A stretch of 64,000 bases of DNA, from assembly GCA_042408215.1 (NCBI GenBank), contig JAYFMW010000003.1, forward strand, positions 128,001-192,000, in the 5' to 3' direction. Shown here in pieces: positions 10,248 through 21,222 of this stretch (positions are counted from its first letter, which is position 1; each line of letters begins with the position of its first letter). Below the pieces are notes generated by a model that had not been told where the DNA came from, ran no database searches, and worked only from the letters and a program-made list of their open reading frames with translations. The position numbers were made by a program, and so were the translations under genes. This stretch comes from Microcoleus sp. (lineage in GTDB: Bacteria; Cyanobacteriota; Cyanobacteriia; Cyanobacteriales; Microcoleaceae).

Positions 10248-11594
10248 TTACAAACTGTCAGTAATACTGGTGAAATTAAACGCTTTAACTCGCACTCCCG
10301 GAACTACACTACCGCCATAACGTTTCACCTCGCTAAGGGCATCTACATCCCGCAACATATCAGGTAAAACCTGATTGAAACGCAGGTTTTTGATCGGGTA
10401 AGCAATCTTTCCATCCTCAATCCAAAAAGTACCGTCGCGAGTCATTCCGGTTACTTCCGATGTCTTGGGATTGACGTAGTTGACGTACCAAGCTCGACTG
10501 ACTAAAATTGCCCGATCGCTCCTCGCAATTAAATCTGCTAAACTTTGGTCTGAACCTGTCATCACGATCGGGTAATAAGCACCTTTTGACTCTTTGCCTT
10601 TTTGTGCAGCCCAATAGCGGGAATAAGACAAACTTTGAGGAGCGCCATTTTTGATGATTTCCAAATAGTTATTGCTCAATCCGTCGCCGAAAAAATTAGC
10701 CGATCGCAATAAAGGATGAGCCGGATTGCGCTGTACCTGCACCATCGGGCTGAAAAGTTGTTCGCCCGCGCGGTTTCCAGCGGGTTTACCCTCTGCATCT
10801 GCGATCGACATAAACGATCGCCCTTCATCCGCCGCCCTCGCATCCATCCCCCAAATTACCCAAGGTAGCAAATCCGCAAAAGCAGCACCGTCAAAGATTA
10901 CTGGATAAATACCGGGAGTAATTTCACGGGGGTTGCGGGATGCGATCGCCCGATCGACAACTTGTTGAGCCAATTGGGCGATCGGCAGTTGACTAACACT
11001 CCAAGCCGTGCTCTGAGCCCAACTCGAACCGTTGTCAATGCGAGCAGTAAAGCTGAACTCCGCCTCTGTAGACTGGTTGCAGGCGCGGAGTCCAGTGCTC
11101 GATGCGATCGCGTACAGCGAAGCCTCAGCGCTCAAAGTACCGGAAGCCTTAGCACCTGCTTTTGAGGCGATCGTGCAAGCCTGCTGAACCATTTCTGCCC
11201 GCGCTAGAGGCGATACAGCGGCCGTTGCTTCGTCAAACGCGGCCGGGGGCAAATCGTAGGTTTGAGGGGGTAACAGCGGCATCCATTCGGGGTCTGCGGG
11301 GGCAATTCTGGCCAATTCTTGCGATCGTTTGATAGTTTGGGCGATCGCATCTGCATCAAAATCTGTAACAGCAGCAGAGGCACTTTTGTTACCAAAATAG
11401 CTAGTAATGCTCAGGCTAAATACAGTTTTGCTGATATTTTGACTGATTTGATTTTCCGAAAATCGGGAAAGAGATTCTTCCCCAGTAGAAAGACTAACAA
11501 ATACTGCTTCAGCTTCCGATTTTTTGACTACATTTTCTAGTAAAGATAAGGCTTGGTCTTCACTTAAAATTGCGGGCGATGTCGTTACTATCAT
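10248..11594 (-). CDS. TldD/PmbA family protein (TldE-like partner)
   Basis: TGMTRDGTFWIEDGKIAYPIKNLRF; adjacent to tldD; no HExxxH. Confidence 0.88.
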   Translation of the reverse strand: MIVTTSPAILSEDQALSLLENVVKKSEAEAVFVSLSTGEESLSRFSENQISQNISKTVFSLSITSYFGNKSASAAVTDFDADAIAQTIKRSQELARIAPADPEWMPLLPPQTYDLPPAAFDEATAAVSPLARAEMVQQACTIASKAGAKASGTLSAEASLYAIASSTGLRACNQSTEAEFSFTARIDNGSSWAQSTAWSVSQLPIAQLAQQVVDRAIASRNPREITPGIYPVIFDGAAFADLLPWVIWGMDARAADEGRSFMSIADAEGKPAGNRAGEQLFSPMVQVQRNPAHPLLRSANFFGDGLSNNYLEIIKNGAPQSLSYSRYWAAQKGKESKGAYYPIVMTGSDQSLADLIARSDRAILVSRAWYVNYVNPKTSEVTGMTRDGTFWIEDGKIAYPIKNLRFNQVLPDMLRDVDALSEVKRYGGSVVPGVRVKAFNFTSITDSL

Positions 11595-11663
11595 AAATCT
11601 GAATTATTCATCTCTGAGTTCTCTCTGTGTTCTCTGCGCCCTCTGTGGTTAAATCATTCCGAA

Positions 11664-13151
11664 TTAAGAATTTCCCCCAATTTGAATATCTCTTACTCTT
11701 ACCGGCACACAAGCATGAGTCATTTGAGCTACCTGCATCGGTTCACCTTTACCGCACATATTTGTACCACATTGTACTCGCTCCGAAACAGGTCCGATCG
11801 CATCTACTTGATTCCAGAAATCAGTGCTCATCGAATGATAAGTTACATCCTTCAACATTCCCACAACTTTACCCTTTTCCACCTTCCAGAAAGCATCGCC
11901 GCCGAATTGAAAATTACGTCGCTGCTGATCGATCGAAAAACTGCCAATACCGTCAATTAAAATCCCATCTTCCGTATCAGCAATCATCTCATCCAAAGTA
12001 GCAGTATGACTACCGCCATCCGGGCCCGGTTCCAATCCCAAATTAGGAATTCTGACCATCGGCACGCTCGACCAACTATCAGCGCAGGCAGAACCGTTGC
12101 TGCTAGCACGTCCGAGGCGATAAGCTGTTTCTCTGTCAGTGAGATAATCAACTAAAATTCCATCCTTGACAACATACCAATCCTGTGATTTTACGCCCTC
12201 ATCATCGTAACCCATTGTACCGCGGCCCCCTGGTTGAGTGCGATCGCACTTAAAATTCACCCAAGGAGCAGCGTATTGCAGTTTATTCAACTTATCAGTA
12301 GTAGCAAAGCTAGTGCCAGCAAAATTAGATTCATAGCCGTAAACTCGGTCTAATTCCGTTGGATGTCCGACCGATTCATGAATAGTTAAAAACAAATTTG
12401 TCGGCTTAAGAATCAGGGATTGGCAAATACCAGCCGGGATTTTTGGAGCAGCGACTTTCTCAATAGCTTCCGCAGCAACTCTATCTACTTGACTTAATAA
12501 ATCCGTTGGGTTAATATGTTCGTAACCCAGATTTAATGGCGGACGTTCGTAACTGCGACTTTGGGCATCGCCGCCAGCAATAGCCGTACAGCCAAAACCT
12601 GGATAGCTGCGATAAATTGTCTGTTCTATTAGGGAGCCTTCGGTGGAAGCAAAAACCTTATCTTCGTGATTAAATTGCAAAAAAGAAAAAGCTTTTTTGA
12701 TACCTTGTTCGCCGTAGGCTAACAATTGTGTGTTAATATTTAGTAATAGTTCAGCCTTGTCAGCGACAGGTACAGAAAAAGGGTCAATGGCGATCGGCGT
12801 AACGTAGCGATCGCAATATTTGTCAACGGGAACTAAACGCACCGGTTCCTTTTGAGTCAAGCGACTACCTTTAGCAATTTCCACAGCCAAAGCGACAATT
12901 CTGGCAACCTCAGCCGCCGTGCGATTGTGACTCGCAGCAAAGCCCCAAGCACCATCGAGGAGTACCCGCACGCCAAAACCAGAACTCACATTATCAGAGA
13001 TATTGCTTAAAGAGCGATCGCGCGCGTAAAGACTCTGCCTTCGGTAAGAGCCAAAACGCACATCGCCGTATTCACAACCCGCTTTACGAATCCAACTTAC
13101 GGCTAAATTTGCTAACTCCTTAGCGGAGACTTTTGCGGTTAATTGCACCAT
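11664..13151 (-). CDS. tldD: TldD metalloprotease
   Basis: HESVGHPTELDR zinc motif, YDDEGV, CGKGEPMQ; probable start MVQLTAK (ORF extends to 13187). Confidence 0.9.
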   Translation of the reverse strand: MVQLTAKVSAKELANLAVSWIRKAGCEYGDVRFGSYRRQSLYARDRSLSNISDNVSSGFGVRVLLDGAWGFAASHNRTAAEVARIVALAVEIAKGSRLTQKEPVRLVPVDKYCDRYVTPIAIDPFSVPVADKAELLLNINTQLLAYGEQGIKKAFSFLQFNHEDKVFASTEGSLIEQTIYRSYPGFGCTAIAGGDAQSRSYERPPLNLGYEHINPTDLLSQVDRVAAEAIEKVAAPKIPAGICQSLILKPTNLFLTIHESVGHPTELDRVYGYESNFAGTSFATTDKLNKLQYAAPWVNFKCDRTQPGGRGTMGYDDEGVKSQDWYVVKDGILVDYLTDRETAYRLGRASSNGSACADSWSSVPMVRIPNLGLEPGPDGGSHTATLDEMIADTEDGILIDGIGSFSIDQQRRNFQFGGDAFWKVEKGKVVGMLKDVTYHSMSTDFWNQVDAIGPVSERVQCGTNMCGKGEPMQVAQMTHACVPVRVRDIQIGGNS

Positions 13152-14456
13152 ATTTATGAGTATGTTGTCAATAGTTATCCAGAGCATTATAACATATTTG
13201 AACGAACCGCGAAGACGCGAAGAGCGCGAAGGAAGAAAAGAGAGAGGTTTTTTTCATATTGTTTATGGTTGTTTCGGAATGTTTGAACCGCAGAGGCCGC
13301 AGAGGACACAGAGTTAGAGAAGAGAGAGATGAATATTTTCGATACTAACGGATTTGATCTGATTTCCAAGTAGGGCTTTTACCTGAAAATATCTACTTAA
13401 AGAGCCAAAACGCACATCGCCGTATTCACAACCCGCTTTACGAATCCAACTTACGGCTAAATTTGCTAACTCCTTAGCGGAGACTTTTGCGGTTAATTGC
13501 ACCATATTTATGAGTATGTTGTCAATAGTTATCCAGAGCATTATAACATATTTGAACGAACCGCGAAGACGCGAAGAGCGCGAAGGAAGAAAAGAGAGAG
13601 GTTTTTTTCATATTGTTTATGGTTGTTTCGGAATGTTTGAACCGCAGAGGCCGCAGAGGACACAGAGTTAGAGAAGAGAGAGATGAATATTTTCGATACT
13701 AACGGATTTGATCTGATTTCCAAGTAGGGCTTTTACCTGAAAATATCTACTTAAAGAGCCAAAACGCACATCGCCGTATTCACAACCCGCTTTACGAATC
13801 CAACTTACGGCTAAATTTGCTAACTCCTTAGCGGAGACTTTTGCGGTTAATTGCACCATATTTATGAGTATGTTGTCAATAGTTATCCAGAGCATTATAA
13901 CATATTTGAACGAACCGCGAAGACGCGAAGAGCGCGAAGGAAGAAAAGAGAGAGGTTTTTTTCATATTGTTTATGGTTGTTTCGGAATGTTTGAACCGCA
14001 GAGGCCGCAGAGAACACAGAGTTAGAGAAGAGAGAGATGAATATTTTCGATACTAACGGATTTGATCTGATTTCCAAGTAGGGCTTTTACCTGAAAATAT
14101 CTACTTAAAGAGCCAAAACGCACATCGCCGTATTCACAACCCGCTTTACGAATCCAACTTACGGCTAAATTTGCTAACTCCTTAGCGGAGACTTTTGCGG
14201 TTAATTGCACCATATTTATGAGTATGTTGTCAATAGTTATCCAGAGCATTATAACATATTTGAACGAACCGCGAAGACGCGAAGAGCGCGAAGGAAGAAA
14301 AGAGAGAGGTTTTTTTCATATTGTTTATGGTTGTTTCGGAATGTTTGAACCGCAGAGGCCGCAGAGAACACAGAGTTAGAGAAGAGAGAGATGAATATTT
14401 TCGATACTAACGGATTTGATCTGATTTCCAAGTAGAGTCTTTACCTGAAAATATCT
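13047..14456. repeat. 354-bp tandem repeat, about 4 copies, of the tldD upstream region plus first codons
   Basis: Identical ORFs recur at a 354-bp period (13187/13541/13895/14249). Confidence 0.95.
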
Positions 14457-14510
14457 TCTTCTTCTTTCTCTTCCTTCGTGTCCTTCGCGACGAAAGCGGT
14501 TCGCTAAATC

Positions 14511-15815
14511 TTACTCCATTTCCTGCAAAACCCCGGTCAAAATTTCCACAATGCGATCGATATGTTCTTTCTCAATAATCAGAGGTGGTGACAAAGCAAT
14601 TATATCACCTGTCGTGCGAATCAGCAACCCCTTTTCGTAGCACTGCAAGAAACAATCAAAAGCCCGTTTTCCCTGCTTCCCAGGCGCTGATTCCAATTCA
14701 ATCCCCGCCACAAGTCCCAAATTGCGAACATCAATGACGTGCCGCACTCCTTTGAAAGAATGCACCGCATCTTCCCAGTAACCAGCCATCTGATCCGCTC
14801 GTTCAAATAACCGTTCTTCCTCATAAATATCCAGCGTCGCCAAAGCAGCCGCACAAGCCACGGGATGACCAGAATAAGTATAGCCGTGAAACAACTCTAT
14901 TGTATTTTCAGGAGCATTCATGAAAGTATCATAAATACCTTCTTTTACAAATACGGCTCCCATCGGCACGGTTCCATTGGTTATCCCTTTCGCCGCAGTC
15001 ACAATATCAGGAATTACTCCAAAATATTCAGTAGCAAAACTTGAACCTAAACGCCCGAAACCAGTAATTACTTCATCAAAAATTAGCAGGATTCCGTACT
15101 TGTCGCAAATCGCCCGCAGCCTTTCTAAATAACCTTTTGGCGGAATCAAAACCCCCGTAGAACCTGCTACCGGTTCCACAATTACTGCGGCAATATTTGA
15201 CGCATCGTGCAAAGCCACAATCCCTTCCAATTCATCGGCCAAATGCGCTCCCCATTCCGGTTGTTTGCGGCTGAAAGCATTGTGTTCGAGGCTATGAGTG
15301 TGAGGTAAATGATCGACTCCCGTGAGCAAACTGCCGAAAAACTTGCGATTTGGAGCAATACCACCCACAGAAATTCCCCCAAAACCAACACCGTGATAAC
15401 CGCGTACCCTACCAATCAATCTTTGGCGTGTTCCTTCACCTTTAACTCGATGATAGGCGATCGCAATTTTCAACGCTGTTTCAACAGATTCTGAGCCAGA
15501 ATTAGTAAAGAAAACACGATCGAAATTTCCCGGAATCATCTTTACCAAACGTTCCGCTAATTCAAAAGCAGCCGGGTGTCCCATTTGAAAAGCTGGCGCA
15601 TAATCTAAGCACAAAACCTGCTGTTTAATCGCTTCGGCAATTTGAGGGCGGGCGTGCCCAGCATTCACGCACCAAAGCCCCGCAGTACCATCCAGAATTG
15701 AGCGATTATCATCGCTTGTAAAGTGCATATCTTTTGCCGAAACCAACATTCGCGGATTCGCTTTAAACTGTCTGTTGGCGGTGAAGGGCATCCAATAAGC
15801 GTCTAGATTTGTCAT
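14511..15815 (-). CDS. Class III aminotransferase (omega-amino acid/beta-alanine:pyruvate type)
   Basis: AYWMPFTANRQFK, DGTAGLWC, FDEVITGFGR, AKG PLP lysine, HGYTYSGHP. Confidence 0.92.
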   Translation of the reverse strand: MTNLDAYWMPFTANRQFKANPRMLVSAKDMHFTSDDNRSILDGTAGLWCVNAGHARPQIAEAIKQQVLCLDYAPAFQMGHPAAFELAERLVKMIPGNFDRVFFTNSGSESVETALKIAIAYHRVKGEGTRQRLIGRVRGYHGVGFGGISVGGIAPNRKFFGSLLTGVDHLPHTHSLEHNAFSRKQPEWGAHLADELEGIVALHDASNIAAVIVEPVAGSTGVLIPPKGYLERLRAICDKYGILLIFDEVITGFGRLGSSFATEYFGVIPDIVTAAKGITNGTVPMGAVFVKEGIYDTFMNAPENTIELFHGYTYSGHPVACAAALATLDIYEEERLFERADQMAGYWEDAVHSFKGVRHVIDVRNLGLVAGIELESAPGKQGKRAFDCFLQCYEKGLLIRTTGDIIALSPPLIIEKEHIDRIVEILTGVLQEME

Positions 15816-16088
15816 CGTTTTTTTATCCTTTTATATTGATGCTTCTGCATCCAAACTATAACTTGCTACCGATTGCCGAACGCCCGACGCTTATTATAAT
15901 TTTACAAAACACCTCTCTCCCTCTTTCTATCTTTTCTAGCTCCTCTGCGCCCTCTGCGCCCTCTGCGGTTAGTAAAAAAAATCTCATTCACAAATGAAAT
16001 AAAATTGCTACAGCAATCCTCAATCTTGGCGATTGCTTTCCTAGGGCCAGAGATATCGGATAAAAAACCCGGTTTCCGCTTAATTTTT

Positions 16089-16133
16089 ATTAAACATCTA
16101 GTTTTCAAGTACCATGAAAACTAGATGTTTAAT
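16089..16133. terminator. Long AT-rich hairpin downstream of the adenosine deaminase gene
   Basis: ATTAAACATCTAGTTTTCA / TGAAAACTAGATGTTTAAT perfect inverted repeat. Confidence 0.5.
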
Positions 16134-16146
16134 TACAACAACCTAC

Positions 16147-17184
16147 TTAATTTACGATCGCCCCCACAGATTCCGGCTGCAACAAACCAGTCAGCATTTG
16201 GGCCGGTTGCTCCCCGTAAGGCCACGCGAAAGCATGGCGAAAAGCGGCCTCTTGACACGCTTGCAATTGCCGAAAATCAATGATATCCAGAGTTAATAAA
16301 TTCTCGTATTCAAAAGGCAGCCGCACGTTGTGCAATCCCGCGTTGTCAGTGCAAATGGCAATATCGACACCGGCTTCAAAACATCGATCGAATACTACCT
16401 TCAATTCTCGCAGATCTTGCAAGGTTCCTGTTTTTAGATAGGTAGTCGGGCAAACTTCCAAGCATTGACCCCTACGTGCCACCTCTGGCAACAGTTCGGG
16501 ATATTTTAATGGAATTTGAATCCCGTGGCCGAGCCGCATCAGATAGGGCAATAGTTCGGGATAACAGCCAGAGGTTGTTTCATACAGGTGGCCGGTGGTT
16601 TTGATGCCGATCGACCTTGCATACTGATACAATCCGACAAATTCTGACAAACGATCGCCAATGCAAGCGTCGCCCCCTGCTAGATCGATCGCACAAACAT
16701 ATTCTCCCATCTGTGCTGCCAAATCGACGATCGCCCGATTTACTTCATAGGGTAAACGCGAGTGCATACACAAAATTTGGCTGGTGACAATGGGACAATC
16801 GGTAATTTGACTGGCCTTACCCACAACTTGGATAATTTCTGCCATCAAATCAATGCGTTCTGACTGCGACAAATGCTCTGGAGTTCGCAAATAAGGCGTA
16901 TAGCGCAACTCCAAATAAGCCAGATTTTCAAACACGTAAGCGCCCCGCATCAACCGATAGATGAAATAAGGCAAAGTCTCAACTGTTTGAACGCTTTCTA
17001 CCAGGGTGTGCAGTTCCAAATACTCATCTAGAGTGTTGCGCGGACGAGTGTAAAATTCCTCAAAATCCGAGTATTCTTGAAATCGATCGACCATTTCAGC
17101 ATTGTGGCGATCGAAATACCGCCACAGCACCCTAGGAACGACAGAACCACCCAGATGGCGGTGCAACTCAGCGTGTAAAGTCAT
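16147..17184 (-). CDS. Adenosine deaminase family protein
   Basis: AELHRHLGGS, YLELRYTP, IDLAGG, EVCPT, TDN; start MTLHAE follows a GGAGG RBS. Confidence 0.9.
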   Translation of the reverse strand: MTLHAELHRHLGGSVVPRVLWRYFDRHNAEMVDRFQEYSDFEEFYTRPRNTLDEYLELHTLVESVQTVETLPYFIYRLMRGAYVFENLAYLELRYTPYLRTPEHLSQSERIDLMAEIIQVVGKASQITDCPIVTSQILCMHSRLPYEVNRAIVDLAAQMGEYVCAIDLAGGDACIGDRLSEFVGLYQYARSIGIKTTGHLYETTSGCYPELLPYLMRLGHGIQIPLKYPELLPEVARRGQCLEVCPTTYLKTGTLQDLRELKVVFDRCFEAGVDIAICTDNAGLHNVRLPFEYENLLTLDIIDFRQLQACQEAAFRHAFAWPYGEQPAQMLTGLLQPESVGAIVN

Positions 17185-17366
17185 CTTTATTCCTCCAAGG
17201 AGAGCCGCACTATAGCTGTACTCAGCTATCTGGGCTGTAGGACTCATCAATATTTGAGTTTGCTTAACTACTGACGGCAACCAAGCCTCAATTTGATTAA
17301 TAGTAACAAAAATTTATTTGACATCTGGGATACATTGGTAGATAATCAGAGTTTGTGTAAACCTGA

Positions 17367-18713
<1,347 letters not shown>

Positions 18714-19063
18714 CCTTGCTTTAAAATATCATGTTGAGTCTCCATCAATAATACTCAAAGCTTTGAGATTTACTGCACTTGACCCACGGCGAGGTCAAGT
18801 GCATTTTTATATAAAAAGAATCCAAAATATCAACAATAATGAACGAAATATAGCAACCGCCAACGCTGTTAAAGTATTTATTGTCATTGAATCCTTCGAC
18901 CCTTCGACTCCGAGGAAGGGAACGATGACCTTCTTCGCCTTGGCGACTGCTATAAAATGTCTGGAAAACGAAAATTATCAGTATCTTCAGCTAATTTAAT
19001 TAAGTTCGATCGCAATATCACAATTCTGGTAAAATGTGAAAACAATAAACCAAAATTCACAAT

Positions 19064-19657
19064 ATGGAACTCGCAGTAGAATGTCAAAAGCGGGCAGAAG
19101 GCAGCAAACCTAACGCCCTCCGCCGCTCTGGATTGATTCCCGCCGTCCTCTACGGTCACAAAGGCTCGGAATCCATTTCCCTTACCGTCAATGCCAAAAC
19201 AGTTGAATCCCTGCTCAAAAAGCGCGCCGTCAATAATACCCTAATTGATCTCAGCATTCCTGACCTCTCTTGGACTGGCAAAACTTTGCTGCGCGAAGTT
19301 CAAGTTCATCCTTGGAAAGGCTTTCCTTACCACCTGAGCTTTTTTGCTGTCGGAAGTCAAGACAGCCTGGAAGTTGAATTGTCGCTGCATTTTGTTGGCG
19401 AATCTGTCGGCGTCAAGTTAGGTGGTGGTATCTTGGATACTGTGCTGATGCAACTCGCAGTTAAGTGCAAACCAGATAGCATTCCTCAAGCAATTGAAGT
19501 AGATATTTCTAATTTGAAAGTAGGAGATGCACTGCACATTCACGAGCTAATTTTGCCTCCGGGAGTGGTAGCTGTTGGTGAACCAAATCAGGTGGTTGTC
19601 AGCGTGCTGGGAACTCAAGCAGGTTCTGAAGAAGAGACAGAAGCAGCAGCAGTTTGA
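19064..19657 (+). CDS. rplY: 50S ribosomal protein L25/general stress protein Ctc
   Basis: [27 protein letters not shown]. Confidence 0.95.
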   Translation: MELAVECQKRAEGSKPNALRRSGLIPAVLYGHKGSESISLTVNAKTVESLLKKRAVNNTLIDLSIPDLSWTGKTLLREVQVHPWKGFPYHLSFFAVGSQDSLEVELSLHFVGESVGVKLGGGILDTVLMQLAVKCKPDSIPQAIEVDISNLKVGDALHIHELILPPGVVAVGEPNQVVVSVLGTQAGSEEETEAAAV

Positions 19658-19660
19658 GTG

Positions 19661-21015
19661 TTGACACTCCCCAGCCTAAAGGCGTGGGGATTCTTGGTTC
19701 AATCAGTTAACTTGCTCGTTGATGTCACCACCAACGAGTAGAGGTCGGTCTGTCCCCAAGCGTTAATTTCGGTGTGCCCCACCGTATTTAAATTGATTCC
19801 TGCTTGCCTCAATCCTTTCGCCAAAATATTCAAAGCTGCATTATGGTCGCGGTCTAATACCGTGCCACAACTGCAAATATGAGTCCTAACTGAAAGCGAT
19901 TTCTTAACTAGATTCCCACAACTTGAACAATCTTGGGAAGTGTACTGAGGAGCAACAGCAACTACTGTTTTTCCGTACACTTTTCCAAAGTATTGCAAAT
20001 AATGATCAAGTCTGCGACCATGCTGCATCGCTAATTGATTTAGCAAGCTTATGGTTTTTAACCATATTTTTTACCTGAAGATCTTCGTAGGCTACAAAAT
20101 CGCTAGATTTCACTACGCACAACGCCGTCTTTATGGCGAAGTCTTTGCGCTGCCTGCTGACTTTTAGGTGTTTCCTTCCTAACTTATTGATTGCTTTTTT
20201 ACGGTTACTGGAACCTTTCTTTTTTCTGGAAACTCGTTTCTGTGTTCGCTTTAAAGCTTTTTCACTTTTACGGAGATGCCGAGGATTTGGAACCGTTGCC
20301 CCGGTACTATCGGTGTAGAAATGGTTTAAACCCACGTCCAGCCCTACGGCTTTGCCAGTAGTAATAGATGCCTCTGTCCGTTCTACATTTATACAAAACT
20401 GAGCGAAATAACCATCGGCACGACGAACTATCCTGATTCGCTTAATCTCGTCAGGTGCATAAAAGTGCAAGTCTCGACTACCGAGTAACTTGAACTTTCC
20501 AGCAGCGAAGCCGTCTTTAAACGTCAAACATCTTTTGTCGTTAGAAAGCGACCAACCGGACTGTTTGTACTCTACGGAACGAGTATGTTTCTTGAACTGT
20601 GGGTATCCTTTTTTCCCTGGTTTTTTGGCTTGGCAATTAGCAAAAAAACGCCCTATAGCAAAAATAGCACGTTCCGCCGAAGCTTGACGTGCCGTTGAGT
20701 TAAGCTTACCCGCCCATTCAAACTCTTTCGCCATGATGGCGCATTGTTTGTATAGATCGACTAACTTAACTCCTTGATTGTCGATCCAGTGTCTAAGAGT
20801 TTTATTTCGGACAAATTGCGCTGTGCGGATCATTGCGTCGATAATCCGGTATTGCTGCGATTTGCCCTTCAATTTAAACTCTAGTACAATCATGCCATTA
20901 TTCTATCATTTTTACAAAGCACTGTGTTTAAAAAGTGCGTAGGTTTAATAATTATTTACACTTTATAGAAATTAAAGCCGTCCTAGAAGGACGGGGCTTT
21001 AGACCCATTGTCTTG
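19661..21015 (-). mobile_element. IS200/IS605 element (IS608-like ends, TTAC target) with frameshifted tnpB
   Basis: TTAC|CAAGAC...AAAG-hairpin left end; GAAT-hairpin-TCAA right end 3 bp after the rplY stop. Confidence 0.85.
19699..20893 (-). pseudogene. tnpB: tnpB split by a +1 frameshift near 20010
   Basis: ORF 20006-20893 has GLDVG and YEDL; ORF 19699-20046 continues with the zinc finger and DRDHNAA. Confidence 0.85.
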
Positions 21016-21222
21016 GTAAGAATGGCGCAAGATGTAAGCTTTGGACGACTTGACCTTGGAGACAGGGGTTGAAACCCTGTTGGGCTCTAGCGAGTCGGAG
21101 CACGAGTTATCAAAAATAAAAATTGGGGGAACAAGCCCGCTATTGTTGGTGTCAAAGCCTGGTAGAATTGTGAAACCTGTTCAAAATCCTACTTAATTGC
21201 TCCCTCGATCGCCATCAACCCT

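Noticed and set aside
13187..14431. Six small repeated ORFs (60/75 aa) as a gene family or RiPP precursors for TldD/E
   Set aside because: They are by-products of the 354-bp duplication; the 75-aa ORFs are the tldD N-terminus plus junction sequence.
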